A stretch of DNA of 64,000 nt from Felis catus (Eukaryota): assembly GCF_018350175.1 (NCBI RefSeq), contig NC_058369.1, positions 11,224,001 through 11,288,000 of the forward strand, written 5' to 3'. Both the position numbers and the translations under genes were made by a program. Numbering within the stretch: the first letter of the stretch is position 1; each line of letters opens with the position of its first letter. Of the stretch, positions 51,061 through 63,854 are shown piece by piece. Below the pieces are notes generated by a model. The model had not been told where the DNA came from. It made no database searches and saw nothing but the letters and a program-made list of their open reading frames with translations.

Positions 51061-52028
51061 TGGCTGCTGAGGCCGTGCTCCATCCAGCTCCTGAAGGGAC
51101 CAGACCGGTCACTCAGGCCCTGGTCCCGGCTGCTGGGGCGTTGCCTAGTGACCAGCCAGCCCGTTGCTGAGAATCATTCCTCGTTTCCAGTGCTCACTAT
51201 TGGGGCATTGGTTGCATAGACTGGGACTGGGGATTTTCGGGACCAGCCGTCGTGGCCATCTTTTCCGAGTACCAAGGGCTTTTCCCCTTGCTGCCAAAGG
51301 CACTTCTCCCGCTTGCTGGGCTGGCCTCTCTTGCCTCCCCTTAGCCAGGGAAACACCAGTTACTGTGAGCATCACCCCAGGGTGGTGAGACACTCCCCGC
51401 CCCCCCCCCCCCCCCATGCCCCGCGCCAATCCTCTTGCTGCTGCCAACCAATTCAGTATTAGCTTTAAGCACTGCACTCTGCTTCTCCCCTCCGCGGAGG
51501 GCCCAAGGACTATGGTGAGGTGCTGTTTGGGGCAGGGTGGGGGAAAGCCCCTATCTGGGCTCTGGCTGGATAGGGGCAGCTGGGGGCTTTTAGAAAAATA
51601 GCTGGTTTCCCCACCCTCTCTTCCAGGGAAAGCCCCGTGATTGCCTCAAACCAGGAAACGGAGATAGCAGAGCCTGGCCCTTCCCCTCCCCCATTCTTCC
51701 TCCACATCCCTGAAGAAACTGAGCACTTACAAGACCTCCCTGTGGAGGGGCCCCACCTGAAATGTCAGGCTGGGGGCACTTTGGTACGGAACATATTTAT
51801 TGCCTCCGTGCGTGTGTGTCTGTGTGTGAGGACTAGTGTGCATGGGTGGACACGTCTGGAGCAGGCGTATGGGGCTCTTTCAGGGACCTCTGAGAGGGAA
51901 AGAGTTCGCAGTGGCCAGACACCCTAAAATCCCCAGTAATGGAGCCACAGTGGGCCCCAGAGCTCCAATGGGAGAGTAGGGTCCCCTCCTGTCTCCCCCA
52001 CCTTCCCTCACTCCCATCTTTGTGGACA

Positions 52029-52034
52029 AATAAA
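52029..52034 (+). terminator. Probable SYDE1 polyadenylation signal AATAAA
   Basis: First plus-strand AATAAA I found after the stop codon, ~1 kb downstream and just before the ILVBL 3' end. Confidence 0.75.
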
Positions 52035-52088
52035 TCAATATGCACACGTTCTGGGATGAGTACTTGGGCCCACACGGACCAGAAGTGG

Positions 52089-52094
52089 TTTATT
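52089..52094 (-). terminator. Probable ILVBL polyadenylation signal AATAAA
   Basis: TTTATT on the plus strand, ~250 nt past the ILVBL stop codon. Confidence 0.75.
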
Positions 52095-52342
52095 AAGCGT
52101 GGAAGAGAGGAAGGGAGAAAAGGGCAGTTGTCCCCTGCAGAGAAAAAAAGCCCAGGAGCTCCCGGGTGCTGCCACGGAGCTTCTCTGAGCTCTGACCCCT
52201 GCAGCCCCACCCTGTCTTCTTGGAGGGTTGTGGAGTCAGTGGACCTCATAGGCCAGGTCCAGGTAGGCAAGGATGAGGCTCTCAACCAGCTAGGTACAGT
52301 CCAGGGGTGGGAAGGGAGCCAAGGGTACTGACCCACGAGGGC

Positions 52343-55300
52343 CTACACAGCAATGGAGCCATCTCGGAAGTCTGTCCTCCCAATGAGGATGTTGACCACA
52401 ACCGGGTGGCCATCTCGGCACTGCTGTTGAGCGTCACGAAGCACCTCGACCACCTGATCTTTCTCCCGGGAGAGCAGCAAGCCCTGGGCCCCAAGTCCCA
52501 TGGCTGCCTTGTGATAATCTGAAAGGAGAAGTCCAGTCAGATGGTGGCAGGGACCCAGCCCGCCATGCAGTCAGCCCAGGAGAGGAACACATGCCCATCC
52601 ATCCGGGCCTGAAACAGCCTCCCCCCGTCTCCAGCCTGCCCAGGCCCCTCACCGGTGTAAGCCAGGCCACAGGCCACATTGCTGCCCAGACAGGGCACCT
52701 GCTCCCGAGAGATCTGGGTCCAGCCAGCATCATTCCCCACCAAGGCAATCACTGGGATCTGCAGGGAGAGGGCGAGGCCAGCCCACAGCCTTCAGTTTCA
52801 AGGCTTGGCCAACCAGAGGGCAAAGACAGGGACAGGCAGAAGCAGCTCCCTCCCTATCCCAGCCCATCCTGACAGCTCCCAGGACTCCAAGCCCTCAGCG
52901 TCCCTCGGGCAGCCCAGTCACCTTGTGTCTCACAAAGGTGTCAAATTCAATGAGGCTATAGCCAAAGGCTCCATCTCCAAACAGGCACCACACCTGAGCA
53001 GGGAACAAGGCTGCTTGAGTACCTCACTACCCAGGACACGGCAAGCCTCCTGCCTCCAGCGCCCTGACTCACCTCGGCATCTGGCCGGCACAGTTTGGCC
53101 CCGAGTGCAAATCCTGCACCAACCCCCAGAGTCCCAAAGGCCCCTAGGGAAACCAAGAGCATGTGGGTAGAAAGGGGCCTGGACCGTACAACCCATCCCA
53201 GGCAGAGGCCCTTCCTTACCAGGATCGAGCCAGCGCAGGGGGCCACGGGGTTGCACCAGGTGGGCGGCAGTGCCCACGAAGTCTCCACCATCGACCACCA
53301 GAATCGTGTTGTCAGGCAGAATCTCCTCCACGAGCTGCAGTACCCGCACCGGGTTCAGGTGCTGGCCTACAGGCGTCAATGCCTTCTCCCTGCCAGACAG
53401 AGGTGCACATCAGCAGGGCCAGCCAGCAGGAGAGCCTGCCGGGAAACCCCCCCCCCCCCGCCGCGTGTCCACCGCACCCGGCCCCCACCGGAAGGTCTGC
53501 TCCTTCTGCCGGTCAGCTTGCCGAAGCTCCTCTGCCCAGTCTGAGGCCCACGTCTGGCCCTTCAGGCCCTCCGCCAGCGTCACCACAAAGGAGCCCACGT
53601 CTCCTAGGGAAGGAAGAGAAAACAGCTGCAGGGAAGTGGCCTCCTGCCCTCCCGGCACCAAAGGCCCGAGGACAGCAGGAATCCAATAGCAACAGGAGGC
53701 AATAGCAGGAGGCAAGGTGCCAGGCCAGGGATGCTCCTAGAGCAGAAGAGGCAAAACACCCCCCACAGTCTGCCAGAAGCAGGTCGGGGCAGCCAAGGCC
53801 AGAGAAATGAAGGTTTAGGAAGCACTAAGTGGGTTAGAAACCCAGGCAGCCTCGTCGCCTGCCTCCTCCTCCTCACACCCTAGATCAGGCAGTGCTGTGA
53901 ATTCTGCCTTAAAACACATCACGAAAAGCACCTCCATCAGCCAAGCACGCTGCTTTTGAAGTGACCGATAAACAGGCCAGTGATATATACACTGTCCATC
54001 ATCTCCGTCTTCGAAGTGATCCCACAGAGGCTCAGAGAAGCCGAGTCTCTCATCCCGGTCCATCCCCGCTCCAGGCCTCGTCGTTTCGGCCCCGGCCTGG
54101 TTTAACGGGCCCCTGGCCTCCACCTGCCCCCTCCAACTCGCTGCCCACCAGCTGCTACAGTAGACCTTCCCGAGCTTGAATGCAACAGCGCCACTCCTCT
54201 GCTTGACACAAGAGCTCCGTGTAGCCTACGCTGCGGCGCAATGTCCTTGGGACGACGGGCAGAAGCAGAGCACAAAAAGGCTGTGGGAGCAGACCGAACA
54301 GGGAAGGTAGGACAGGACGACAAAAGCCTCGGAGGCCAAGGAGGCAGGTCTCTGTCCTCCGGGCAGCAAGCAGTATGGGAGGATTTGCAGCCAGGGGCGT
54401 GATCACATGCATGTTATTCCCAGGCCTCCCCTCGTACGCACACCCCACCATCTGTTCATCCAGAAGCACCCATCAGTCTGAGAGCCACAGGTATGTCTCC
54501 AGCTGACCGGATGCCCGCCGGGGCAGGGTTCAGGCCTTGCTCACAAGCACCCAGCTCAAGCCAGCTGCAGCAGAGGCCAAGAGAAGGACCAGGAAGAGCA
54601 TGTGTGTGTGAGGGGGTACCGGGCGCTCACCCTGCACGGCTTCCTGGGGCTTCCAGAACATGTCTGAGTTCATCAACATCTCTTTCCGGTTACGGTTGAC
54701 GATGATGATCTTGCTGCTGCGGCTGAGGACACGGCCGTAAGACAGGCGGAAGTCGCACACGATTCCTGGCGTGGGAAGCGGGGTCTCAGCGGCTGGAGGG
54801 CCAGTGTCCCCACTACCTTCCTTCACCCACCATGGCAGAGTAGATGCAAAAGTGATCCCCATTCTTCCTTTCTCCCTGTACCAGCGCCGGCCGCAATGAC
54901 TCCACATCTCCCCACCCCTTGAATCTGGGCTGGCCAAAGCATAAGAGACTGTTAAAAACTGAGAACAGGGGCGCCTGGGTGGCGCAGTCGGTTGAGCATC
55001 CGACTTCAGCCAGGTCACGATCTCGCGGTCTGGGAGTTCGAGCCCCGCGTCGGGCTCTGGGCTGATGATGGCTCAGAGCCTGGAGCCTGTTTCCGATTCT
55101 GTGTCTCCCTCTCTCTCTGCCCCTCCCCCGTTCATGCTCTGTCTCTCTCTGTCCCAAAAATAAATAAATAAATAAAAAACGTTGAAAAAAAAAATTAAAA
55201 AAAATAAATAAAAACTGAGAACAAACTGAGGGTTGATGGGGGGGTGGGAGGGAGGGGACGGTGGGTGATGGGTATTGAGGAGGGCACCTTTTGGGATGAG

Positions 55301-58300
55301 CACTGGGTGTTGTATGGAAACCAATTTGACAATAAATTTCATATATTAAAAAATAAATAAATAAAAGTCCAAAAAAAAAAAAAATCTGGGCTGGCCTCGG
55401 CACGTGCTTCGGTCAACAGGCTGTGGCAGGATGACGGCAGACACTCCTGAGACCAGGCTTTAAGAAGCCTTGTGGCTGCCACTGTCTCTCTCTCTCTCTT
55501 AAAACACCTTGCTCTAACCCTCCTGCCTGTTCTCATCCTCCACCAAGTGAACAAGCCCAGGCTGGCCTGCTGGATGATGAGAAACCTGGAGGAAGATGTA
55601 AGGAGGAGTCAGAGAAGTCAGTCAGCCCAGCGGAGGCCATGTGAGCCCAGCCTAACGTCAGCCAAGCCCAAGGATATGCGCCTGCCCGCCCCGGATCAGC
55701 CCAGATGCCTTCCTGCCTCGCCAACTACAGACTCATAAAGGAGTCCCACCAACAGCAGAAAAACTACCGCCTAACCTACAGGTGGAGCTTGAGAAATAAG
55801 TGCCTTTTTTCAATGTTTGTTTATTTTTGAAAGAGAGAGAGTGCGGGGGAGGGGCAGAGAGAGACAGGGCGACAGAGGACCCAAAGCGCGTGCTCCAGGC
55901 TCTGAGAGCAGAAAACCCGCCGCGGGGCTCAACCTCACAAATGGTGAGATCACGACCTGAGCCGAAGTCGTACACTTAAACCCACTGAGCCACCCCGGCG
56001 CCCCCATAATAAGCACATTTTAAGTCACTGAGTTTTGGGATGGTTATCACACAACAGCGAACCGATACAACTATTACGCGGTGGCCAGGACTCCCCTTTA
56101 CACGAAAATGCGCACGCCGCACGCGTACATGCTGTGTCCATCCTGCACAGAGCACACACGTGCCAACGCTGAATGTGAACAATATGGGTGCCCACTATCT
56201 GTGCCTCTTCCTCCATGCAGGGCCGAGCCACGCGGCCCGACTGCGAGCTTGCCAGAACTTCCCTGGCTGGATTTCAAGTACACGGCTGTCCAAACCCGGG
56301 CAAGGGGCAAGGGGCAAGGGGCGGGCCCAAGGTAAGAGGCTGAGTGCTTACAGGGGAGGGTGCCAGTTAAGTACCTGACTACGAGGGGCAGGGCCACAGG
56401 GGGAGTGGGGAGAGGAGCAGGGGTGGGGCCTGCAGGGAGGGAAAGGGGAAAGGGCAGAGGAGGCCGAGGCCCACCTGCCAGGAGGACCACGTCTGCTTTC
56501 TTCAGAGCAGCGCTGCGGTTCTGCCGGATGTGGAGGGGGTGGTTGCGGCCCAGCAGTCCTCGTGCCATCCCTCCCAGGAAGCAGGGGATGCCAAGGGTCT
56601 CCACGGCAGTCCTGGGGGTCCAGGCAGAGCAGAGGGGAGTGTAGCCAAGGGCATGCCCCCACCCCACAAGGCATCCGGAGACCGGGGACCAGGGATATGA
56701 CAGCAAGGGCAGGGCTGAGGGTTCTCACCGAAGTCTGTCAGCAGGTGTCGGGGGCAGCAGAGCCTGGCTCCCCAGCACAACAAGGGGCCTTTTGGCTCGG
56801 CTCAAGATTTCCACACAGCGCTGAACCTGGGATTAGAGACGGGGCTCAGAGAGCCAACCGTGTGAGTCACCATCAGCCCCCAAGATCCAGGCCCCACTAC
56901 TGACTCAGAGAGAGGCCATCCTGCCCGGTGGGGTTCCTCAGGGAACCAGGGAAGAGAGGCGATTCACCTGCTGGGGGGATGCCTGCGGAATGTCCAGAGG
57001 CAGAGGCCCCTCAGGCCGAGGCTCCCAGGCTCCTGCAAAGAGGTTGGCCAGGTGATTCTCTAAGTACCTGCGAAGATGAGAGGAAAAGGCAGTTACCAGG
57101 ATTAATGACTGGGGTTCTGGGAGCTGAAGGAGGCCGGGGTTGAGGCGGGAAGTGAGACAGGCACAGAAGTAGGTGAGCCACACCCCAGACAGACAAACCC
57201 CAGTGGCCGAGTCTCCAGCCGCCTGTGGCCCCTCAGAAGCTTCTGGCGACCACCCAACCTGACACAGACCCTCAGAACCAAGTGACACAGGTGTGGAGTG
57301 CCAGGATCAGGGCCATGGCTGCAGAGTGAAACGCACAAGGCTCCACGCTTCCTAGCTGTGCGACTGGGCAAGTGACTTAACTTTTCTGAGGTTCCTCCTC
57401 TGTAAAATGGAAAAGGGAGTCTCTCTCCCAAGGTTTACCATCTATCCATTCAGGACATAAAGCACTTTGCCAAACACCCAATCACGGAAGGCACTCAAGC
57501 CTCTTTCTCCGGCTTCCGACACCTCCTTCTGTCTCCTTACTCGGTGGGTCACAGGGCCCTAACTTCCCATGTGGGCCTCCAGGGCCCTGGAGACACAGAG
57601 ATAAATCTTGCCCGGCTCTGCATTCAAGGAACATCCAGTCCAGCCAAGAACAAGACATGTGGGTGTCGGCAAAAAGGAGTCGGAACCAGAAGCTTCTGTT
57701 TCTCTTTTGAGGAGGAACCAAGAATGCAGAGAATGAGAAGAGGCCAAGGAAGAAACCATGGTAAACCCCAACATAGAAAGAAAGGCGAAGGAAGAGCCAG
57801 CCCAAAGGGCTGAGTAGGGGCAGCCCAAGAGAGGACAGGAGAACGGAAGGGGGGAAGGGGGGAGCCAGAACCAGGGAACAAACAGGCTGCTGTCACGGCC
57901 ACAGAACAAAATTGCTTAAAAGTTCAGCCTACCTCGGGTGCCTGGGTGGCTCAGTCAGTTAAGTGTCTGACTCCTGATCTCGGCTCACGTCATGATCTCA
58001 CGGTTGATGAGATCAATCCCTGCATCAGGCTCTGTGCCGACACTGCGGAGCCTGCTTGGGATTCTCTGTCTCCCTCCCTCTCTGCCTCAACCCTGCATGC
58101 ATGTGCTTCCTTGCTCTCTCACTCTCTCTCAAAATAAATAAATAAACTTTAACAAACAAATAAACAAACAAAATTCAGCCTACCTGGCACGGTCACCAGC
58201 CACTTCCTATCTGTTCAGGACCTCTGAATCCCCCTCTGTATTTGTGGTTCCCTAGCCAGGTTGGAGAAAGGATGGGAGACAGCTTGCCTTACACCTGAAA

Positions 58301-61300
58301 GGACACTGGACTCAACCCTATTCTTATCTAAGACAATGGCTAATTAGTCACTTCAGCATTTTACACTGTCGAAGCGATCTTGTTTTATTCTTCACAGAAT
58401 CTTAGTCTAGAGAGAAAACCACGCTACGCTTCTTCATTTTACAGATAGGCAAGCTGCAGTCAAGAAAGGTTTAATCACAACAGGATCAGTCAAATTATGA
58501 CGCTGTCCACCTTAAGCCTGCACGGTCCCCTATGTCAACTGTATTTCCATTAAACTGGCGGGGGGTGGGTGGGGAAGGCTTAATCACTTGCTCAAGGTTC
58601 ACACAGCTAGTTACTGGCTCGGGATTCAGACCCGACTCTCTGAACTTTCATTTCATTCCCTGTAGATGGCACATAGCTCTGTGGATAAAGCATGGGAGGC
58701 TCCTCCAGGCTGAATCCTCGTGTGCCATTAACAAGCTGGATGACTTCCTGCCAGTCATTTACCCCCTTTGGGTCCCAGTTACCCACTCTATGAAATGGGT
58801 GTAGTAACACCTTACCCTCTTCACTCAGTGTTGTCACAAAAGATATGTGAATAAAGTTCTACCCCCCGAACTGGTCTTCAAGGGACTTCTCACGTGCCCA
58901 GGCACAGGGGCCTGTCTTGTTCGTGCCGGTCCTGGTACCTGGCACACTGTGGCACTCGCTAAATACATGGAAGGGGCATGGCAGGTAGAAGAGCAAGGGC
59001 AGGCAAAGGGAAGGGACAGAGGGGAAGGAAGAGGAGAATCGACTCTCCTTCCTGTGCCGCTCCGGCCAGGCCCATCCCAGGGGTGGCCAAAACCAGATAG
59101 ATACCTCTGCTGGGGATGTGGCCCCACATGGAACCCCTTCCTATCCTCTCCACTGAAAGAAGTCCCCCCTCAACCTTGTAGCTCTTCCAGGAAAACCTTT
59201 AAGCTTATTCCTCATTCTGCATCCCACAGCTACCACTCAAAGCCAGGCCACCACTGCCTCTCATCCCAGGGCCGACAACCCCTCCTCCCTGGCCTCCCAG
59301 CTTCCACCCAAGCCCACAGTCCGTTCCCCAGCAGCAGTCAGAGGGAACGTGATAAAAACCTGAATCGGGGTGTGCCACACCTCTGCTTTGGACCATATAA
59401 TGCTTCTCGACGAATCTCAAAGTAAAAACAAAACCCCAGGTCCTCCCAGTGGCCCCTGCTGGCCGCTCTGAGCTCAACCTCTGCCCCTCTCCCCTTTGCT
59501 CACCTGCTGCTGCCACAGAGGCTACTTTGCTTTCCCAACCCACCAAGTTCGCTCCTGCCTCAGAACCTCTGCATATGCTAGTCCCTCTACCTCCAATGCT
59601 CTTCCTAAGGCTGGTTCCCCTCAGCTGATATGCAAACCAATGAATGAGTCAAAGGAGTGACAGAGGCTGGCGGGAAGTTACAAAAGAGGGCAGGGGGCTG
59701 GAGAGGGCACGGTGGGGGTGAGGCAACTCACCAGGTGACCAATCGAGCCACGAGGCCCTTGGGCGGCTTGGCTGGCACCATCTCCTTCTGGACAATGAAG
59801 TAGGGGTACAGCACATCAACGGGAAGCTCCACAAACACTGGGCCTGTGGAGGGGCAGGGAGGATACTGAGCCTGCCATGCCTCCCTGGACCCAGGCCTTA
59901 GGGCCTGACCACTGCCCAGCCCCCCCCCCCACCTACCTGGGGTCCCCGACTGGGCAGCCACCATCGCAGCCCTCAGGGTGGGCACGATGTCCCGCACCCT
60001 CCGCACAGAAGCACAAAACTTGCACAGTGGCCTAAACAGGGCCATCTGATCAATGGCCTGGAGCGCACCCCGGTTCTGGTGGAAACAGAGGAGGCCAGAG
60101 TCAATACATGAGCCCTTTGAGGCTCCCCGGGACCCCCGCCATCCACCCAAGGGCAGGGCACCTGCAGCAGAGTGCTGGCGGCCCCACCCAGAAGCAGGAC
60201 TGGAGACTGAGCTATCTGGGCATTCTTCACTGCAGTCACCGTGTTGGTGAGGCCAGGGCCCGCTGTCACTGCTGCTACGCCCACGGTCCCTGAAATACAG
60301 AATCCATCACGGCCCTGCCCTCCCTCCTGGCCACCTCTGAAAAAACTCTGCCCTGCAAAGACTTCCCATCCCATTTTCACCAGCCCTCCACCCTCTCTGC
60401 TCTGCCCTCACCGGTCAGGCGGGCCACAGCATCGGCGGCAAAGACAGCTGTGACTTCGTGGCGTGTGTCCACCACGCGGATGCCCAACTTCTCACAGGCC
60501 ACCAGTATGGGGGAAATGTGCCCGCCGACCAGGGTGAAGAGGAACCGCACGCCGTGGGCCCTCAGCACAGCTGCCACATTCTCCCCGCCATGCTGGATGC
60601 TCGCCTTGTCCACCTGGGCCCATGGAGGGAGAGGAGCACAATTACCAAGGGCCAGGGCAAGAGCGCCAAGGCAGACAGGGAGAGGGCACTCTCACTCCCC
60701 CAGGAAGGAGGGCAGGACAGAGTCAGGGGTCAGAGGAACTTTGATATTGCTGAGGCACATATCATACTATACACAAGGCCCAGAGTAGGGCAGGCCGTCC
60801 TTGTACAGCTAAGGGAACCAAGACTTGCCCTGGCAAGATTCAAAGTCCCATAGAACCAAGGCCCTTGAGCGCCCCCTTCTGTTACACTGCCTGTCTCCGG
60901 GGACAGTAGGCCAATGAGTGAGAGGAGAGGGAAAGTGGATCCCCAGAACCCAAAGTAGTTTGGCCAGGGGCCATCTGCTGGGACTCCAAACTGCCTGCCC
61001 TCCAGGACCTAGTGGCAACTGTTGATCCCAGCCCGCTAGGCTTCCTCCCACTCACTGGGCAGGCCCCGCTGACAGGCTGCCAGCCACTAAGCACCTGGCA
61101 AGGGAGCGGCCTGCTGGCACAGAATATGCTGAGGCTTCTGAGCCTCGGCTTGTTCCCAGCCCCGCACACCAGAGGCCTTTGCCTTAAATCTCCAGAAATC
61201 CTCAAGGCCAGTGACCTTGCTCCCGTTGCTATTGGGAGGGGAAGGGGTGGGCTCCTGAGGGAGGAGCCAAGCAGTTCAGGGTGAGATCCGTGGGGTCAAC

Positions 61301-61902
61301 TGTTCCCCCAAAGGCCACCTATGACAAGTTACCACACAAACTCTCTGAGCCTCAGTTTTCTCTTGTGGAAAATGAGTACAGAAACAAAAGCACCTCTAGG
61401 GGACGCGTTGAGAAGTACATGACATCTCTCACAGCTACCCCTTCTAGTGCTACCTTTGGCCCACTCTGATCACGTCGGGTTTAGGGAGCTGCGCTCAGTG
61501 AAAAGGGCTCTTGGCCTCTGGGGAAGGAGTAGGCGGGGCGCTGAGTACCCGGCAGCTACCGCCCGATTTATCTCTGCCTACAGGCAAAGTCCAGGGACCT
61601 GTCTGCAGACTGCCGAAGCGTTAAGGGCCGTAGACAGAATTTCCCAACCGAGCCCCCTAGATTAGTCGGGCCTCACTTTCTCCTGTAAAATAAGTGAGCT
61701 AGGAGTGCCAGGAGCTCCTTCCTTCTTTGGCTGCCCCCAGCCCGCCGCTGACCTATGCCCCCCGCACCTTGTGCATCAACTGATAGAAGAGCCCCAGGCG
61801 GTGCGCGCAGCCCAGCAGGGCGGCCACTAGCGTCCCGCAGGCCAAGAGCAGGAAAGAGGGGAAGAAGCTCCCAGCAGGGGCGGCGGCTGTGAGGGTCTCC
61901 AT
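52343..61902 (-). CDS. ILVBL: ilvB acetolactate synthase-like protein / 2-hydroxyacyl-CoA lyase 2 (HACL2) (spliced CDS, 631 aa). Coding exons in transcript order 61768-61902, 60412-60613, 60162-60289, 59937-60075, 59732-59843, 56968-57067, 56729-56826, 56475-56611, 54631-54765, 53489-53603, 53220-53389, 53073-53143, 52922-52993, 52653-52758, 52343-52518
   Basis: Joined exons total 1896 nt, all GT-AG and phase-consistent. Hydrophobic N-terminal anchor ([15 protein letters not shown]), ThDP-enzyme motifs [37 protein letters not shown] and the ThDP/Mg-binding GDGAFGYS...VGNDAGW, C-terminus DFRDGSIAV*. Confidence 0.97.
54933..55382 (+). mobile_element. Short young felid L1 3' end containing a young Can-SINE (54968-55209), in an ILVBL intron
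   Basis: L1 TSD aatctgggctggcc (54922-54935, 55383-55396); SINE TSD aaaaactgagaaca (54954-54967, 55210-55223). Confidence 0.93.
55420..56070 (+). mobile_element. MLT1-like LTR interrupted by a Can-SINE (-, ~55805-56005)
   Basis: MLT1-type 3' end ttttaagtcactgagttttgggatggttatcacac...gataca. Confidence 0.7.
57936..58170 (+). mobile_element. Can-SINE
   Basis: TSD ttcagcctacct. Confidence 0.9.
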
Positions 61903-63140
61903 GACTCGCCACCTGAAAGAGAAAGGACAGTGCCAGCAGCTAGGCGCAGCGATCTTTTCCGGAAGAAGGTTCCCCGGCCACAAGGCTCCCGGGCCACGCC
62001 TCTTCTCGCCAGTTTCGGCGCCGCCACGCCACCTACGCGGTTAGGCTCTGGGCGAGGCCACGCCTCTTGGGGGCCAGGCCACGCCTCCCGCGGCGCCAGC
62101 CCCCTTCCTTACGTCACCACCAGCACCAAAAATTGGCCACCACAGGCAGTTTTGGCCTCAAAATAGTGCTTCACACTTACCTGTTTCTCAAAGAATAGAT
62201 GGGAAGCCCCGCCTCTTTTACACCTGGGTCCAAATCTCAGCCCCAATGGTGAGCCCGCCCACCCCAAGTCTACGCCACCTAGAAGGACGAGGCCACGCCC
62301 CCAAGCTAGCGGGCGCGCCCATCCCTTAAAGCTAGACCTCTGCCCTCTGCGAGCGCCCGAGCCTGACACCCGCCCCAGGCCGTGGGTCAAGGTCACATCG
62401 CAACAGGAGGCTTCTCTGACCCCCAGGATACTTCGGCCTTCACCTACGGGAAATGGCGCTGACTCCAGAGGAATTCGGTGCCCTTCATGTCACGTGACCC
62501 AAACGCGCGGCTTGAGGGGGCCGGGCTCCGAGCCTGCAGCCTTGTCCCTTTCTCTCACTTGCGTCTGCGGCGCCCCGTAGTCCGGCCTGAGACGCACGCG
62601 CAAAGCTGTAACCACGCTCTGGGTTACAAGCATCTCCTATAAAAGCCCCGTCCCTACAGGCCGCCTCAGCACAAGTCCCGCCCTCCCCCGCCTCTCATTG
62701 GCTCGCACTGCAGGCCTAACCCCTTTCTTTATATGAGACCACGCCCCTTGGCATTTTGTATAAACCACGACCGTGGGGAGCCGGCTTTCCACGGCCTTCC
62801 GTTGGCCCCCACGTTTCTGTCCGTAGTGTTCGGGCCTTCCAGCCAGCCAGCTTCCACACCAGCCGTGCCGAATGCCCCTCAGGTCGGCCAGACCGGGACG
62901 TCACACGTCGCTCCCCAGATCCACCGTCTGCAACCACATCCCAAACAAGCCCGCCCCTCGCCCTAGCACAGGCCCCGCCTCCCATCCCACCAGAACCCTG
63001 CAAGGGCAGAGCTTCGCCCCCTAGCTCGTAGGCTCGCCTCTGCGGTTGGCCCCACCCCCGCAAGCCCCGCCTTCTTTCCCAGACCTTGAGGAGTTTCTGC
63101 CCCGAGTGCAAGGGAGGAGACGCTTCGACGCCGGTGGTCC
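61740..63140 (-). promoter_or_regulatory. ILVBL CpG-island promoter and 5' non-coding exon region
   Basis: CpG-rich with repeated GCCACGCC(C) KLF/SP boxes, GTCACGTGAC (62489-62498), AAATGGCG (62451-62458) and TCAAGGTCA (62387-62395). The ATG exon begins at an acceptor (61913-61915). Candidate upstream minus-strand donors near 62180 and 62558. Confidence 0.8.
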
Positions 63141-63637
63141 TTGGCTCCAGCCATCTGGCCTCTAGAGAATGATCTCTCCACCAGCGATGGGGAAGTAATT
63201 CTGGTACTGAGCACCCTGCTTCCTTCCAAAACAAATCTAGTTGTTTCTCGGCCTTTTAGCTAAGACCAAGTGTAGTAACTGTTGTCAGATAAACATCAGA
63301 TACATCCCCTATCCGAGGGTAATATAGTAAATGGATTTTTGGAGCAGGGAGTTGGAATAGGAGCTTGCTCCGCCCACTTCACCCATTCACGTGGTACTGC
63401 AGTACATCCAGGAACTCTGCACCCGCCTGTGGGGGGAGAAGATAAAGATTGTACCATTTTAACATTGGCCCTCATCCCTTGTCAACTTCAGGGATTTCCC
63501 TCTGAGGATTACACCCTGTTGTTAATTTTGTCTTATGTTGAAATCATTCCTACTTTTCATTTCACCCATTAAAAGAAAGAAAAGAAAAGGAAACCCCTTT
63601 GCCCCACATTTTCCACTTATTACTGTCCCTTTGCACT

Positions 63638-63854
63638 TTAAAAAAAATTTTTTTTAATGTTTATTTATTTTTGAGAGAGAGAGAGAGAGAGAGTGGAAGA
63701 GGAGCAGAGAGAGAGGGAGATACAGAATCCCAAGCAGGCTCCAGGCTCTGAGCTGTCAGTACAGAGCCCAACACGGGGCTTGAACTCACAAACTGTGAGA
63801 TCATGACCTGAGATGAAATCGGACGCTTAACCCACTGAGCCACCAGGTGCCCCC
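63638..63854 (-). mobile_element. Can-SINE
   Basis: Typical structure; TSD ctttgca. Confidence 0.9.

Noticed and set aside
59844..59936. 93-nt stop-free in-frame ILVBL intron
   Set aside because: With 14 mostly short GC-rich introns one such case is expected by chance; splice sites are good.
52343..61902. Bacterial-like acetolactate synthase as possible horizontal transfer
   Set aside because: ILVBL is a well-known intron-containing animal gene in its usual syntenic position.
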